A DNA stretch of 64,000 nucleotides, taken from IMG/VR virus record IMGVR_UViG_3300036893_000013, positions 1 through 64,000 of that record. One strand, given 5' to 3'. A program made the position numbers and the translations under genes. The DNA is from a virus. Positions 35,874 through 46,267 of this stretch are shown here, piece after piece (positions within the stretch are counted from its first letter, which is position 1; each line of letters begins with the position of its first letter). Under the pieces are notes generated by a model that worked only from the letters and a program-made list of their open reading frames with translations, did not search any database and was not told where the DNA came from.

Positions 35874-38800
35874 GGTCTTCTATAGGTGCGTATCGTCGGG
35901 CTGCTTTGTAGTAGGGGTCCTGACTTCGAGTTAACGGAGTCTCGTCCTTCAACGACTTGTGGATATAATTTTTAGCCTTCTTAATTAACAGCTTTTGAAG
36001 GATTGTTTTCTCGCTGGGATTGGAGTCCCTGTAAACCTGATCCGACCCGGCAAAATCGAGCCTAGTAACGCGGGAATACAATCTAGCCATTTCCGGGTCT
36101 TCTCCTGCCGTTTCCTTAGCATTCTTAATAGCTGCTTTGGCGTCTGCTTCGGGAAGGTTTCCTTCATCGACCATTCTTTGAATGTCATTGTTATTGATTT
36201 GGCCATTACGCAAACTATCTTCTAACTGGAGAAGTAACCGGTGTCTTTGAATCATAGCTGGATTCATACTTCCTTCTTCACTTCTTTCAGCAGCTAAATT
36301 AGCAGCAGTCTTCTGGGCTGGGGTTCGGTACACTTGTGCCGTTGCTCCAGCCCATTTTGCTACCTGCTCGCCAGTATTGGTATCAGCACTAGTAGCTAAG
36401 TGGGTAACATCCTTTAACCCTGCCTGTCCCCAAATGGGAGCAAGGTTAGAGATTAAATCAACATACTTCTGTCCATCTGTTAGCTTCTGCCCGTACTGGT
36501 TTCTCCCTGTATAGGTTTCTATACCGGATCGCAGGAAGGGACTCTCGCGGCCTATTAAGAATCCTTGAGGATCAGAAGCCATGTGGAGGATATCAGTAGG
36601 CAAGGTACGAACAGAAAACTCTATCTCTCTGCCGTCTTTATCCTTAGTAGCCAATCCAAAAGGAGTCTCTAAGTGAGGGTTACCGGAATACAACTGATTT
36701 AACAGCCTAGCAGTAGTCCAGAGAACTACAGCAGCACCGGCTACTTGTTCCCGGGAAAAATTTCTCCCACTATCCGGTTCATATTTTGCTGGGCCAATTC
36801 CCAACCCTTTGAACAACCCCGCAGCGAATCTCATTTCCGACTCTAGCCAGTCAGGGGCGAGAGCTACCAGATGGAACCAGTCTTGGGTAGCTGCGCTGCG
36901 GCCCATCTCTCTCCAGTTCTGTCCACCGAAAGCGTTGTTAACGTGTTCGGCTGCTGCTTTAGCTACAGCATCGTCTGTCCAGTCCGGATGGGCGGAAGCA
37001 TACTTATCGAACATTTTCCGGAATCCGGAAGCTTTGTAGGAGGGTATCAACCGGTTAAACAACAGATCGTGAACCTGATCGGACACTCTAAGGTACTGGT
37101 TGAGGATAGGAACCTTACGGAGAACGTTGTCCTCCCCAATGTGGCTGGAAACTCCAACGGCATAGTCTTCGGCATCGAACCGGTTAGAGAATAGAGTAAG
37201 CCCGTTCTCTACCCCCAATCTCATAAGCTTTCTTGGGCCTTTAACCGTGTTGTACTCTTCGTCTAGGTCTTCTAGGGGGTTAGGACGCACGAAGGGGTTA
37301 ACGTGCAGCATAAGGGCACGTAGAGCCTCTTGGACGATATGGAACGGCGAGCCGCTGAGGATAGCTGCTTTAGCCGCTGCCCCTCCCTTGAGAATAGGGG
37401 CGGTGATCTTTCCTAGCCCTTCCCGCTTACGCAGCCACGAAGGTTCTAACCCCAATCGGTTCACTAAGTACCTGTAATAGTGTCTGGAGACAGTCATATC
37501 AGATTGGGCTAATGTAGGAGTACCATCAGACGCCGTAGCCATCCACTTGTAGGCGTGGAAAGCGGGGTGGTCCACTGGAATATGATTCTTAGGTGCCCAG
37601 AGGTATTGTTTCTCTTGCCGCTCGTTGATGTCCCTTAGCTTCTCTTCCGACTCCAGTTTGTTCTGCTCTATAGTTTGCTTGTTGATGGGTAGCTTAAATT
37701 TAGTTTCTTTCCAAGGGATTTCTCCACCAGCTTGGGTAGTAAGTACATTATCTACATACTTAAGATCAGCTAAATCTTTAATTAACTGTGGATGTTGGGT
37801 ATTTTCTGCGGCATGAGCTATGTGATAGATTGCACTATTGATTCCTTTTAGACTCCAGTCCCCTCCCGTTAAACCATTGACATGCTCAATGTAATCAATA
37901 AGTTCCGGGTCTAAGTGGTCCTTCTCCTGAAATATTAATCTAGCAATCTCATGGGGCATTAGGTCCTTACCGGAGAAACTTTTGTCTCCGTCTTCGTCGG
38001 TAACTTGACGCGAGGACCGACCCTCAGCATACTCATGATTTCTCAAAGCATACTGCTCTAACCGCTCTAAATCGCCGGGAGTTATCTTCTTTCTAACTTC
38101 GCCATGAAGAACGTTCGCTAGGTACGCAGCTATATTAATGTCATTCGGTTTGTGCTCTAAATCTATAGGAGCATAGTTCTTGCCGTCGATAGGACCCTGA
38201 TCCTTGAGTTGTTGGATAGCTTGATCTAAGTAATCCGCAATCTTTCCTGCTTGGGTTTTGGCAAACAACTGCAATTGCCCCCATCCAGCTTCATGTCTTT
38301 TGTTAAGACGATCTGCCGCACTTATTAGGAGAGGATTTTTCTTCTCCAGTTTATCTATCTTGTCCTGTGTACTCTTTACCCAATCCTTTACATTTCCGAT
38401 GTTCACCTGAGGAGTACGGTCTACAACTCTACCATCCTTGATGTAAGCACCGAGGAGGTTAGCCTTCTTTAACCGATCTATATCCGTAATGCTCATCAAA
38501 ATATTACGGACAATATTGGGATTGACTAATATACTGCTGCTGCTCCCGTCTTCGCCGGGTACTTGAGAACCCTGCCCACGGAAAGCCGCAATAGGCATTC
38601 CTTCTGCATCCTTAAGTCCTGATTTTTGAAGAAGATCAAGGACGTGGCGAGCCGCTGACGCACGAGCTATGTTATTAGCATCGTGAGCGATTAGTGCAGC
38701 GGGGTCGTGTACCTTAAGTTGTCTGCCTTGTAAAATACCCTCAAAGGCAGTACCCCAACTTCTATGACGAGCCTGAGTAGCATTAATAGCAAAAGCACCA

Positions 38801-41250
38801 CTTGCGGCATGTTGAAGAACGGAGTTACCTACGGGTTCTTCTTCTTCACCCCAAATGTGGTGTATGTGATTGTCAACAATACTCTTAATGATTCCGTTAT
38901 TATACCCTACCTTCCAGTTTTGGTCGTCCGCGTCTCGAAGAGATTGATACATCGCTTTCTCTTTGGGGGTAAGATCGCGACTGGCAATATCGGACAAAAT
39001 CTTTACGGTTTTCTTCACGTAATCTACGTGGTCATCGGAGAAATTTTTTCCCCGAGTTTTATCTACCTTACTAACAATGTCCTGAGGTAGTGCGGGGTGT
39101 AGAGGTCCGTCCTGCCAAGCAGCTACCGGGAAAGCACTCGTGCTACCCCCGTTTATTGTGCTGGGAGGAAATTTTCTCCTCCAGTCCTCTGGGTTGTTTT
39201 CGACTTCTCTTTTTTGTAATTTGGCTAATGCCTGTTTCTGATTGTCTCCTAAGAAAATTCGTCCCTCTCCCCGGCCATCATACCAATTCTTACTTTTTGG
39301 GTCTCGGTAAATAGTGGCATAGTGCTCTCCGTTTAGTGAAACTTTATACTCCTTGGTATCCTCATAGTCCTCTGCTTTTCCCGCTTCTGCGTGTTTCTCT
39401 ACGGCAGGGGTTACAGTAAATTCTGGCTCCTCTTGGCTTGGGTACTCTCTAGAAGCATAGGTCTTAAGATGAGGAAACTTATCCTCAATAATGGCAATAT
39501 CTTGAGGGTAGTTACCTAACGCCCTGACTTTCTCGTTCCATGCGTCTACACTGTTGTGGGATTCTTCCGCAGCTTGGTTTAACGCACGATGCATCTTATC
39601 GAGCAATCCTTTATATTGTTCCTCTTTAGGATTTTGCCATTCTTGTGCTTCCTGAACTTCTCGGTCTAGGTGAGGTTGGTATAATTGGAGTTCGTTTCTC
39701 TGATTAGTGAGTTGCTTAACTTGTTCATTTAATAAGAGTTGTTCCTCCGGAGAAACTTCTTTCTGGTCTTGTAGCTTCGCAAGATTTTCATTAAGCTCAT
39801 CTATCTTCTTGGCGTTTGACTCCGCAGACGATTTAGCATAAAGTAAGTTATCGCTTTGTTCTTTAGCGATATTTTCTACTGTTCTAGCTGGGGCGTTATA
39901 AGAAGGAACATTTTCCTTAGCCCAGTCCTCTAATTTGTATCCGTGAATTAGTGCCTGTGCTTCCTGATGGCTTAATACTCTATCTCCACCATTATCCAGT
40001 AAAAGAAACATCTTCTTCTGAACGTCAGCAAGTTTTTCGCGGTCGGCTTTGGTAGATATTATTTGTCTCCACGCGGAGGATATTTCGTCTAGTAATCCAA
40101 CTTTAGACCAATCTCCTGATTTGAGATTGGCAGGAACCTCGATCCCCGCTAGGTCTAACATCTGCGCTTGATGTTGTCTTAATCTCTTCGAGTTCTCTAC
40201 GTTAGATTTAGCTAACAATCCATCATGCACCCCAAACAATTTCTTGATGGCTTCGGTCTCGTCACTGAGTTCAAGATTATTCTTTTCGTTAAGTCCGGGT
40301 ATAAGATCATTAACACTGTATAATGAGTGGGCCAATCCAAGAGTCCCGAATACTGTTCCGGCTCCAGCTTCAACCATATATTCAGCGGCATCGTCATAAT
40401 CTCCTTGTGCTAACAAATCCATTACTCGCGGGTATGCGTACAGCGCACCATGAACTTGCTGGAGTGCAAAGCCCGCGTTAACTAACGTTTCTGCGCCCTT
40501 AGCTACCTGTAGAGCCTTACCCACAGGGAGACCGGCTTTAGCCAATCCAGAAGAGGCGACTCTCCGGGCCAAGCTTTCGCTTAGCATATCCGTTTCGTGC
40601 AGTCCTTGATTTCTTAAGTACTGCCCGTAGTTCAAAAATTCTTGGTAGGGTAACGCCCCTTCCGTAGCTGAGTTAACTGCTCCCTCAATACTAGTTCCCG
40701 CAACCTGCGCTTTCTTTGCTGCGGCTACGGCTTTCGCGTAGTTCTCGACCTTTCCTGCTGCGGCGAATCCATCTAACGCCTCACCACCTAATGCCTCAGC
40801 ACCTTCTGTAAGCCCTGCTTTGAGAGTAGAACCGGCCACACTCTCTGCAATCCCTGCTGGAGCAAACGCAGCTAAAAGACCTAATGAGAGGGGAGAAGTA
40901 AGTCCTGAAGCAACTTTTTCTATTCCGCGTTCTATACCACCGGCACCTTGGCGGTACTGTCCCCATCCTAGTATAGATTCAGTTAGCGGTTTGTTTAGAA
41001 AACTCCAACTTTTCTCTAACCAATTTGCATTGGGATCGGGCTGAGTAAATCTATCTGATTCGTCACGAGCGGGTCTACTCTCTCCAGTAAGGTCCGAAAA
41101 GTCGAGGCTTTGCCCCTTCTGGGATCGAGTAGGGGCAGACCCAGATTGGGGGCTAGTTAAATCTGAGAAATCTAAAGCTGGACCACTAGAAGAAACCCCC
41201 GGTTGCGCCGGGGATTTTGTTAAGTCCGTAAAATCTAAGGTATTGGGCAT
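35866..41250 (-). CDS. Large internal virion/DNA ejection protein (1794 aa)
   Basis: Last gene of the virion operon; helical, Ala/Gly-rich; N-terminal LDF(S/T)DLT x3; call rests on position in the podovirus-like gene order. Confidence 0.6.
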   Translation of the reverse strand: MPNTLDFTDLTKSPAQPGVSSSGPALDFSDLTSPQSGSAPTRSQKGQSLDFSDLTGESRPARDESDRFTQPDPNANWLEKSWSFLNKPLTESILGWGQYRQGAGGIERGIEKVASGLTSPLSLGLLAAFAPAGIAESVAGSTLKAGLTEGAEALGGEALDGFAAAGKVENYAKAVAAAKKAQVAGTSIEGAVNSATEGALPYQEFLNYGQYLRNQGLHETDMLSESLARRVASSGLAKAGLPVGKALQVAKGAETLVNAGFALQQVHGALYAYPRVMDLLAQGDYDDAAEYMVEAGAGTVFGTLGLAHSLYSVNDLIPGLNEKNNLELSDETEAIKKLFGVHDGLLAKSNVENSKRLRQHQAQMLDLAGIEVPANLKSGDWSKVGLLDEISSAWRQIISTKADREKLADVQKKMFLLLDNGGDRVLSHQEAQALIHGYKLEDWAKENVPSYNAPARTVENIAKEQSDNLLYAKSSAESNAKKIDELNENLAKLQDQKEVSPEEQLLLNEQVKQLTNQRNELQLYQPHLDREVQEAQEWQNPKEEQYKGLLDKMHRALNQAAEESHNSVDAWNEKVRALGNYPQDIAIIEDKFPHLKTYASREYPSQEEPEFTVTPAVEKHAEAGKAEDYEDTKEYKVSLNGEHYATIYRDPKSKNWYDGRGEGRIFLGDNQKQALAKLQKREVENNPEDWRRKFPPSTINGGSTSAFPVAAWQDGPLHPALPQDIVSKVDKTRGKNFSDDHVDYVKKTVKILSDIASRDLTPKEKAMYQSLRDADDQNWKVGYNNGIIKSIVDNHIHHIWGEEEEPVGNSVLQHAASGAFAINATQARHRSWGTAFEGILQGRQLKVHDPAALIAHDANNIARASAARHVLDLLQKSGLKDAEGMPIAAFRGQGSQVPGEDGSSSSILVNPNIVRNILMSITDIDRLKKANLLGAYIKDGRVVDRTPQVNIGNVKDWVKSTQDKIDKLEKKNPLLISAADRLNKRHEAGWGQLQLFAKTQAGKIADYLDQAIQQLKDQGPIDGKNYAPIDLEHKPNDINIAAYLANVLHGEVRKKITPGDLERLEQYALRNHEYAEGRSSRQVTDEDGDKSFSGKDLMPHEIARLIFQEKDHLDPELIDYIEHVNGLTGGDWSLKGINSAIYHIAHAAENTQHPQLIKDLADLKYVDNVLTTQAGGEIPWKETKFKLPINKQTIEQNKLESEEKLRDINERQEKQYLWAPKNHIPVDHPAFHAYKWMATASDGTPTLAQSDMTVSRHYYRYLVNRLGLEPSWLRKREGLGKITAPILKGGAAAKAAILSGSPFHIVQEALRALMLHVNPFVRPNPLEDLDEEYNTVKGPRKLMRLGVENGLTLFSNRFDAEDYAVGVSSHIGEDNVLRKVPILNQYLRVSDQVHDLLFNRLIPSYKASGFRKMFDKYASAHPDWTDDAVAKAAAEHVNNAFGGQNWREMGRSAATQDWFHLVALAPDWLESEMRFAAGLFKGLGIGPAKYEPDSGRNFSREQVAGAAVVLWTTARLLNQLYSGNPHLETPFGLATKDKDGREIEFSVRTLPTDILHMASDPQGFLIGRESPFLRSGIETYTGRNQYGQKLTDGQKYVDLISNLAPIWGQAGLKDVTHLATSADTNTGEQVAKWAGATAQVYRTPAQKTAANLAAERSEEGSMNPAMIQRHRLLLQLEDSLRNGQINNNDIQRMVDEGNLPEADAKAAIKNAKETAGEDPEMARLYSRVTRLDFAGSDQVYRDSNPSEKTILQKLLIKKAKNYIHKSLKDETPLTRSQDPYYKAARRYAPIEDQE

Positions 41251-41259
41251 TGTTCGGTC

Positions 41260-43089
41260 TTATGGAGCGGGTAGAATGTTTGTCGTTGGAGGAGATGTAT
41301 GATCTGCTATCCACTGTACGCCTTGCTCGGCTCTGGTAGGGGGTAACTCTGAAGTCGTCGAACCTGACTCGCTAGAAGCAGGAGGATTCTTAACTCCCAG
41401 TTTACGCCAAACTTCTAGGCGAACATTTTCAGGTACACCGGCCTTATCGAATTGCGCCTGAATTTGAGCGGGATCAGTAACACCAGTACTCGAAATCCTA
41501 CCAAAAATTTGCTTTGCCATCGGAGATAACGGAACGGCATTCCCCCCGAGAAGTTTGTTCTTGGCAAAAGCCAAACCACTTAGCTCGGCTCCTAATATAT
41601 TTATCTGTTCTCGATTATCGGCGGTGACTCCTCCTTCATCAGCAGCTTTAGGAGATAAAGATACATATTTATCAAGCTTTTGGAAATAAAGACCATCTAA
41701 AGCTTTACCTAATTGTTCTTGTTTTGTATGTATGTCATTTATTTCACTGGCGGTATAGGGTTTATTAGTAGTCGGATTTACCCCGGTTAGATCAATAGGA
41801 TTTCCCTTAGCGTCGAGTCCTATTGATTGATTATTCATGAGAACATTATCCACAAGATCAAAGTGCTCTTTCAAGAGATTTGTTCCTTCTTCGGCATCTT
41901 CTTCGCTTTTGAAGTGGAACTTCTGATATTGAGCAACTATGTTATGTTCTGCCGCTTCAGCATCTCTTGCTCTGATTTCAGATCGTTCTGTTTGAATAGC
42001 TAAAGAATCTTTCTGAATTTTCTCATAATCTTGAAGTTCTTTATATGCGCTATGAATTTGCCCGAAAGGCACAGTTGTTCCAGCTTTCTGTGCCGTTTCT
42101 AAACTTTTGTACATAGCATTAAGCCGGTTTTTAGGATCGGAAGCCACTGCTTTAAGACCTTCGACAAGAGAAGGAGAAACTTTACTTGCAGCAGGGTATA
42201 CGGTAAATAAAGGAGTGACGGTTGCTTTGCCGGTATTGGGATCATAGCTAACGTCTGTGTCTGTATGAAGAAAAGTATACTTAACAGAATGAGAAGCATT
42301 ATTTCCTAGTAACTTGTTTCCCTCTTCCTCAGTTATGTTTTTCGCTAAAGGGTCTACGTTAAGTTCTTGGTGACCTTGTACTTCGAGTTTGTCCGCAGCT
42401 ATCTGCATTTCTGAGGCATGAAGTAAAGGGGCTGCTACGTCCATAGCTTTTTCTTTACCGAAGTCATACGCCTGTTTCTGGAATGTTTGTTCTCTTAAAA
42501 CTTTCTCTTGATTGTAGTTGGCAATTTGAACTTGGTTAAGTTGTTCCTGTAAAGAAAGCTTTTTATTTTCGCGAGCCTCCTCGTTAGCCTTAAGTTGATT
42601 AGCATACTGCTGCTGGGCTTCCGCTCTGCGCTGCTGATCTAGTTTCTCTTGGCCTTCCTGAGAGGCTTTAACGCCCCCGCCCAGCCCAGAGAGTAATCCT
42701 TGAGTGAAGGTGTGTTCTCCTTCTTTGTTACCGATACCTTGGGCACCTAGAAGACCATACGCTAGTATACTTCGGAAAGTCTGACCGGGTGTTTCTTTTA
42801 CCTTAGTGGAAACCGTTTGGCCTGTGTTGGGATCAATTGCATACTCGTTATGTGATCCACTTAACCCGTTAAGAAGTTTACCGAATACGTGGCCCTTTAC
42901 TTGATCGGGATCAGGGGTAGTTTGTCCAGTCTGTTGCTGAGGAGGAGGCACAGGGGTGCCCATCACAGGACTTCCGGTTAATGGAAGTTGTGCTTGGGGT
43001 ATTTGCTGTTGTCCTATTCCAAACCCTGTTGAGGAGGTAGTAGGCTCGGGAGGATTGCTCGGCACGAGTGAAGAGGATAAATCCGGCAT
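41260..43089 (-). CDS. Putative internal virion/ejection protein
   Basis: Pro/Gln-rich N-terminus, Gly-rich hydrophobic segments, long Gln/Glu coiled coil. Confidence 0.55.
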   Translation of the reverse strand: MPDLSSSLVPSNPPEPTTSSTGFGIGQQQIPQAQLPLTGSPVMGTPVPPPQQQTGQTTPDPDQVKGHVFGKLLNGLSGSHNEYAIDPNTGQTVSTKVKETPGQTFRSILAYGLLGAQGIGNKEGEHTFTQGLLSGLGGGVKASQEGQEKLDQQRRAEAQQQYANQLKANEEARENKKLSLQEQLNQVQIANYNQEKVLREQTFQKQAYDFGKEKAMDVAAPLLHASEMQIAADKLEVQGHQELNVDPLAKNITEEEGNKLLGNNASHSVKYTFLHTDTDVSYDPNTGKATVTPLFTVYPAASKVSPSLVEGLKAVASDPKNRLNAMYKSLETAQKAGTTVPFGQIHSAYKELQDYEKIQKDSLAIQTERSEIRARDAEAAEHNIVAQYQKFHFKSEEDAEEGTNLLKEHFDLVDNVLMNNQSIGLDAKGNPIDLTGVNPTTNKPYTASEINDIHTKQEQLGKALDGLYFQKLDKYVSLSPKAADEGGVTADNREQINILGAELSGLAFAKNKLLGGNAVPLSPMAKQIFGRISSTGVTDPAQIQAQFDKAGVPENVRLEVWRKLGVKNPPASSESGSTTSELPPTRAEQGVQWIADHTSPPTTNILPAP

Positions 43090-43757
43090 TATTCTTTACC
43101 TGTCTTTAAATACTTTCCAATGTTGTCCACGGCTTGTTTTAGCTTCGGATTCTTTTCGTAAAAAGACTTCCACTCATCGTTCTTATCGGGAAACAATCTG
43201 CCACGCACGTATGCCTCTGATCGACTGTTTTCAAACCATTTATTAAAAGAACGTTTCTCGCCATTCTTAACATCGTCTTTATAAGCCTTATAGTCGATAG
43301 CAATCTGTTCGGCATCTCTTGCCTTCTTTACTTCTTGCTTCATTTTATAGTATGTAGAATCGACAGGCTGTTTAGTACTCGGGTTTATAGCCCCTGCTAT
43401 ATGAATTAAATCTCCGGCAATCGCATCCCGCGCTTCTTGTCTACTCTGGAAGGGTTTGTATACTTCTATAGTAATCTTGCCGGGATGAGGATTGAATTCC
43501 TCCCACGGTGGATAGGTCTCTAATCCATCATCCTCCGATCCTTTAGGGGGAGTGGCATCGTACGCTAACACATTTTTTGTATGAGGAGCTAAGACGGGAT
43601 AAGTAGCAGCTACATCTTGTAGGGCATCGGCATACCCGGTACTGGTGCTAGCATTCTTAGGATAACTTGTATCTTCTTTAGATGCTTGAGCAGGGCCTAA
43701 GGAGTCAAAAAAATTTGGCCCACCGTCCTGAAAGGTTAGGCTATCAGTTAGGGCCAT
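43089..43757 (-). CDS. Hypothetical virion-module protein
   Basis: AAGGA RBS before MALTDS; coupled by TAATG to the next gene. Confidence 0.55.
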   Translation of the reverse strand: MALTDSLTFQDGGPNFFDSLGPAQASKEDTSYPKNASTSTGYADALQDVAATYPVLAPHTKNVLAYDATPPKGSEDDGLETYPPWEEFNPHPGKITIEVYKPFQSRQEARDAIAGDLIHIAGAINPSTKQPVDSTYYKMKQEVKKARDAEQIAIDYKAYKDDVKNGEKRSFNKWFENSRSEAYVRGRLFPDKNDEWKSFYEKNPKLKQAVDNIGKYLKTGKE

Positions 43758-43758
43758 A

Positions 43759-44148
43759 TTAATCCTTGTCAAAGTAAGACAACGTGGTTGCTAGATCAAT
43801 GTCTTTGTTGACGCATTTGCGTAGGAAGAAAACTACTTCCATTTGCGACTGTTCTTGAGAAATACCATACACTTTCAGGAGATTCTTTAGAGTGTCAGAA
43901 GGTTTTAATCCAGTGTTGCTATTACCACTTATTTTGAGCAAAATATCATAAGCAGCAGCGCGTATGCCCCCCTGATGACTTTCAAACTCGCGAATTCCCT
44001 GCTCATTTACGGAATGCTTTCCCGCCTTAGAGTATGATTTCAACATAAGAGGATTCTTTAACCTGAATGCCTCTGACTGTGGATTTGAGTAGTCATGCAC
44101 GTAAGCTATTGAAAATAATAGGTTTTCTGTTTTTTGTACTTTATTCAT
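43759..44148 (-). CDS. Putative virion protein with degenerate lysozyme-like fold
   Basis: AFRLKNPLML...REFESHQGGIRAA...TLKNLLKVY resembles the RNNNPGN...F.T...G..A pattern. Confidence 0.4.
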   Translation of the reverse strand: MNKVQKTENLLFSIAYVHDYSNPQSEAFRLKNPLMLKSYSKAGKHSVNEQGIREFESHQGGIRAAAYDILLKISGNSNTGLKPSDTLKNLLKVYGISQEQSQMEVVFFLRKCVNKDIDLATTLSYFDKD

Positions 44149-44154
44149 AATTCC

Positions 44155-44949
44155 TTAGAAAGAGGGAAGAAGACTAGACCCTAAACCATTACCAGCATTA
44201 GGATCAAATCCGTACCCTCCTCCTCCGCTATTGAAGTTAGGTAACTGAGGAGCTTGGTTACCAAAAGTAGTTTGTAGTTGACTTTGAGAGTTAGTGTCAG
44301 TATTTCCGCCGAGGCCACTTGTAAGGCTTCCTGCTCCGGGAAGATATGCATTAAGTGCTGTTCCGGCTAAACTACCTACCAGACCACCAACCTGACTCCA
44401 AGGGGAAGCAGCCTGATTAGTCTTCTGAATAGTAGTAGCGGAGCCAAAGGCGTTTTCTCCTGCATTGTTTGCAGAACCCGCTAAACCATTAGGATTCTCT
44501 ATACTCGCAGCGGAATTGAGTCCAGAAACAGCTTCGTTATAATTCGCTGCGCCTTGTTTATATCCGGCTTCTTGAATTCCTAATAAAGCATTACTCTGAT
44601 TCTGGGCAGACTCTTGGGCCAACTGTGCATTAGTCTCTCCCTGTGCTCCCGTAGGTAGGTTTGCACCCCCTCCAGAAGCCGCTGCTGCTTCTCCCGTAGC
44701 TGCTTTGGCATTCTGGTATGCCTGAGAGTTGCTGGACGTTGCTAGCGTGTTTAAAGCTGAAGTCTCAGGGGCACTGAAACCAAACTGGCTAGGGCCAGCA
44801 TTCAGCGTAGTGGTAAGAGATTTACTCAGACCATTGAGGATGTTCTGCTGACCAGCAAAAGCAGTACCAAAGTCACTTTGCAGTGTATTCATGAAACTCT
44901 GCTGAGACCCGGCAATGCTATTCTGCGCTCCTGTTGCTCCTTTGCCCAT
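44155..44949 (-). CDS. Small ejection/DNA-transfer protein (P22 gp7/T7 gp14-like position)
   Basis: MGKG start, Gly/Ala/Asn/Gln-rich, late hydrophobic segment; follows the GNAT-like gene. Confidence 0.6.
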   Translation of the reverse strand: MGKGATGAQNSIAGSQQSFMNTLQSDFGTAFAGQQNILNGLSKSLTTTLNAGPSQFGFSAPETSALNTLATSSNSQAYQNAKAATGEAAAASGGGANLPTGAQGETNAQLAQESAQNQSNALLGIQEAGYKQGAANYNEAVSGLNSAASIENPNGLAGSANNAGENAFGSATTIQKTNQAASPWSQVGGLVGSLAGTALNAYLPGAGSLTSGLGGNTDTNSQSQLQTTFGNQAPQLPNFNSGGGGYGFDPNAGNGLGSSLLPSF

Positions 44950-45353
44950 TATTCTAAGTCCTCTAGTTTCAGTCGGTAAACCGGAAAATCTACTTTAGTA
45001 AAAATTCTTTCGGCTATTTTGTTTGTTTCGGGATGGTCGCCAATAAAGTAAATCTCGCCGCAATCTTTGAGATACCCTAAAGTGATAGCGTGTTTGACTA
45101 ACTCCCGCATACCCTCAGCTATCTCTAAATCAGTAGCGTCTGGAGACATAACCAAAGAATCTAACACTTGGCTTGAAACAAAACTCAGTGTTTGCACTGG
45201 CATGAAGCCAATGATACGGTCTTTCTTATATACACAGAGTACGTAAGTATGGGCGTAAGTAATCACGGTAGGGTCAAAACTCGGGTGGCTAGAATACCAC
45301 GCTGTAAATAATTCAGAATCGTCCGGTCTAGCCGGTCTTACAAACATTGTCAT
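44949..45353 (-). CDS. GNAT-fold protein (T7 gp13-like position)
   Basis: VRPARPDD...IIGFM...; lies between nozzle and ejection genes. Confidence 0.55.
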   Translation of the reverse strand: MTMFVRPARPDDSELFTAWYSSHPSFDPTVITYAHTYVLCVYKKDRIIGFMPVQTLSFVSSQVLDSLVMSPDATDLEIAEGMRELVKHAITLGYLKDCGEIYFIGDHPETNKIAERIFTKVDFPVYRLKLEDLE

Positions 45354-45616
45354 TTATGCAACACAATTGTAATAAGGTCTTGACGCAGACCCTTTACTTC
45401 CTTGGTTAAGTCATCTACCGCAGCTTGAAGGTGAGGTAAATGATTAGTAGCGAGAGTCTGAATAGTCTCGCCGGATTCTTTGATCTTGTCTAGGAATAAG
45501 GATACTCTCCACGTTATTTTTATGGAGTTGTATATTAAGAAAATCCACCCAGCGACGTGGATATTTTGTCTAGCTAACTCCATTACAGCAGAAAAAAAAG
45601 AAATTAAGTCTGGCAT
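45350..45616 (-). CDS. TM plus coiled-coil protein, candidate holin
   Basis: Hydrophobic IHVAGWIFLIYNSI, then TNHLPHLQ coiled coil. Confidence 0.4.
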   Translation of the reverse strand: MPDLISFFSAVMELARQNIHVAGWIFLIYNSIKITWRVSLFLDKIKESGETIQTLATNHLPHLQAAVDDLTKEVKGLRQDLITIVLHK

Positions 45617-45622
45617 TTGGTC

Positions 45623-45988
45623 CTACGGTAGCAACGGGGTTAGGGTGCCCAAATCTATCAGGGGGGCATAATTTAAAGTGAAAATTTGGGGAACGGCCCA
45701 AATCAAAATCCCAGCAGAAGTATAGGCTTTAACTGTATAATAAGAATTAGCAGGAGTGAGAAGGCTGTTAGCCCACAGATATTGGTTGGGTGCTGCATTG
45801 CCGTTTACATCAAGGTATAAGTTTATTACATTGCCAGCAATAATTTGTATGCCAGTTGGACCACCAAGTATAGTCACGTTTGAATCATGATTTAACTGCC
45901 ACGTAAGAATTCCAGACACTAATGGCTGTCCGCTGGGGTCTTGGAATTGACCCCCGACTATTTTAGATTTTTGATATATATTAGTCAT
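45623..45988 (-). CDS. Stand-alone fibre/tailspike anchor-like beta domain
   Basis: FQDPSGQPL..G.L...LDVNGN...LWAN...PANSYYTV resembles N-terminal virion-attachment domains of fibres. Confidence 0.45.
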   Translation of the reverse strand: MTNIYQKSKIVGGQFQDPSGQPLVSGILTWQLNHDSNVTILGGPTGIQIIAGNVINLYLDVNGNAAPNQYLWANSLLTPANSYYTVKAYTSAGILIWAVPQIFTLNYAPLIDLGTLTPLLP

Positions 45989-45989
45989 A

Positions 45990-46205
45990 TTATCCTATAA
46001 ACAGCCTAAATTGGGGAATATTTCCTCGTAGATAAAACTGGTCTAAATTATCTACAGATATAGTGCCTAGCGGAGGAACTGGACATCTTAGAAACACACT
46101 ACGATGCGAGTCTTGTAGAAGACTGCTTACCGGGGGTTGAGGAGCAATTGGTCTTAGACCTTCGGTATTAAGATTTGAAGTTAGAGATTGTTCGAGGGAG
46201 GGCAT
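45990..46205 (-). CDS. Hypothetical Pro-rich protein
   Basis: AAAGGA RBS; in the operon. Confidence 0.5.
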   Translation of the reverse strand: MPSLEQSLTSNLNTEGLRPIAPQPPVSSLLQDSHRSVFLRCPVPPLGTISVDNLDQFYLRGNIPQFRLFIG

Positions 46206-46267
46206 TGGTGTCCTTTCTAAATAGGCCGCTGCTGATCGTATTATTATTGGATTATCTTGTAAAAGAC

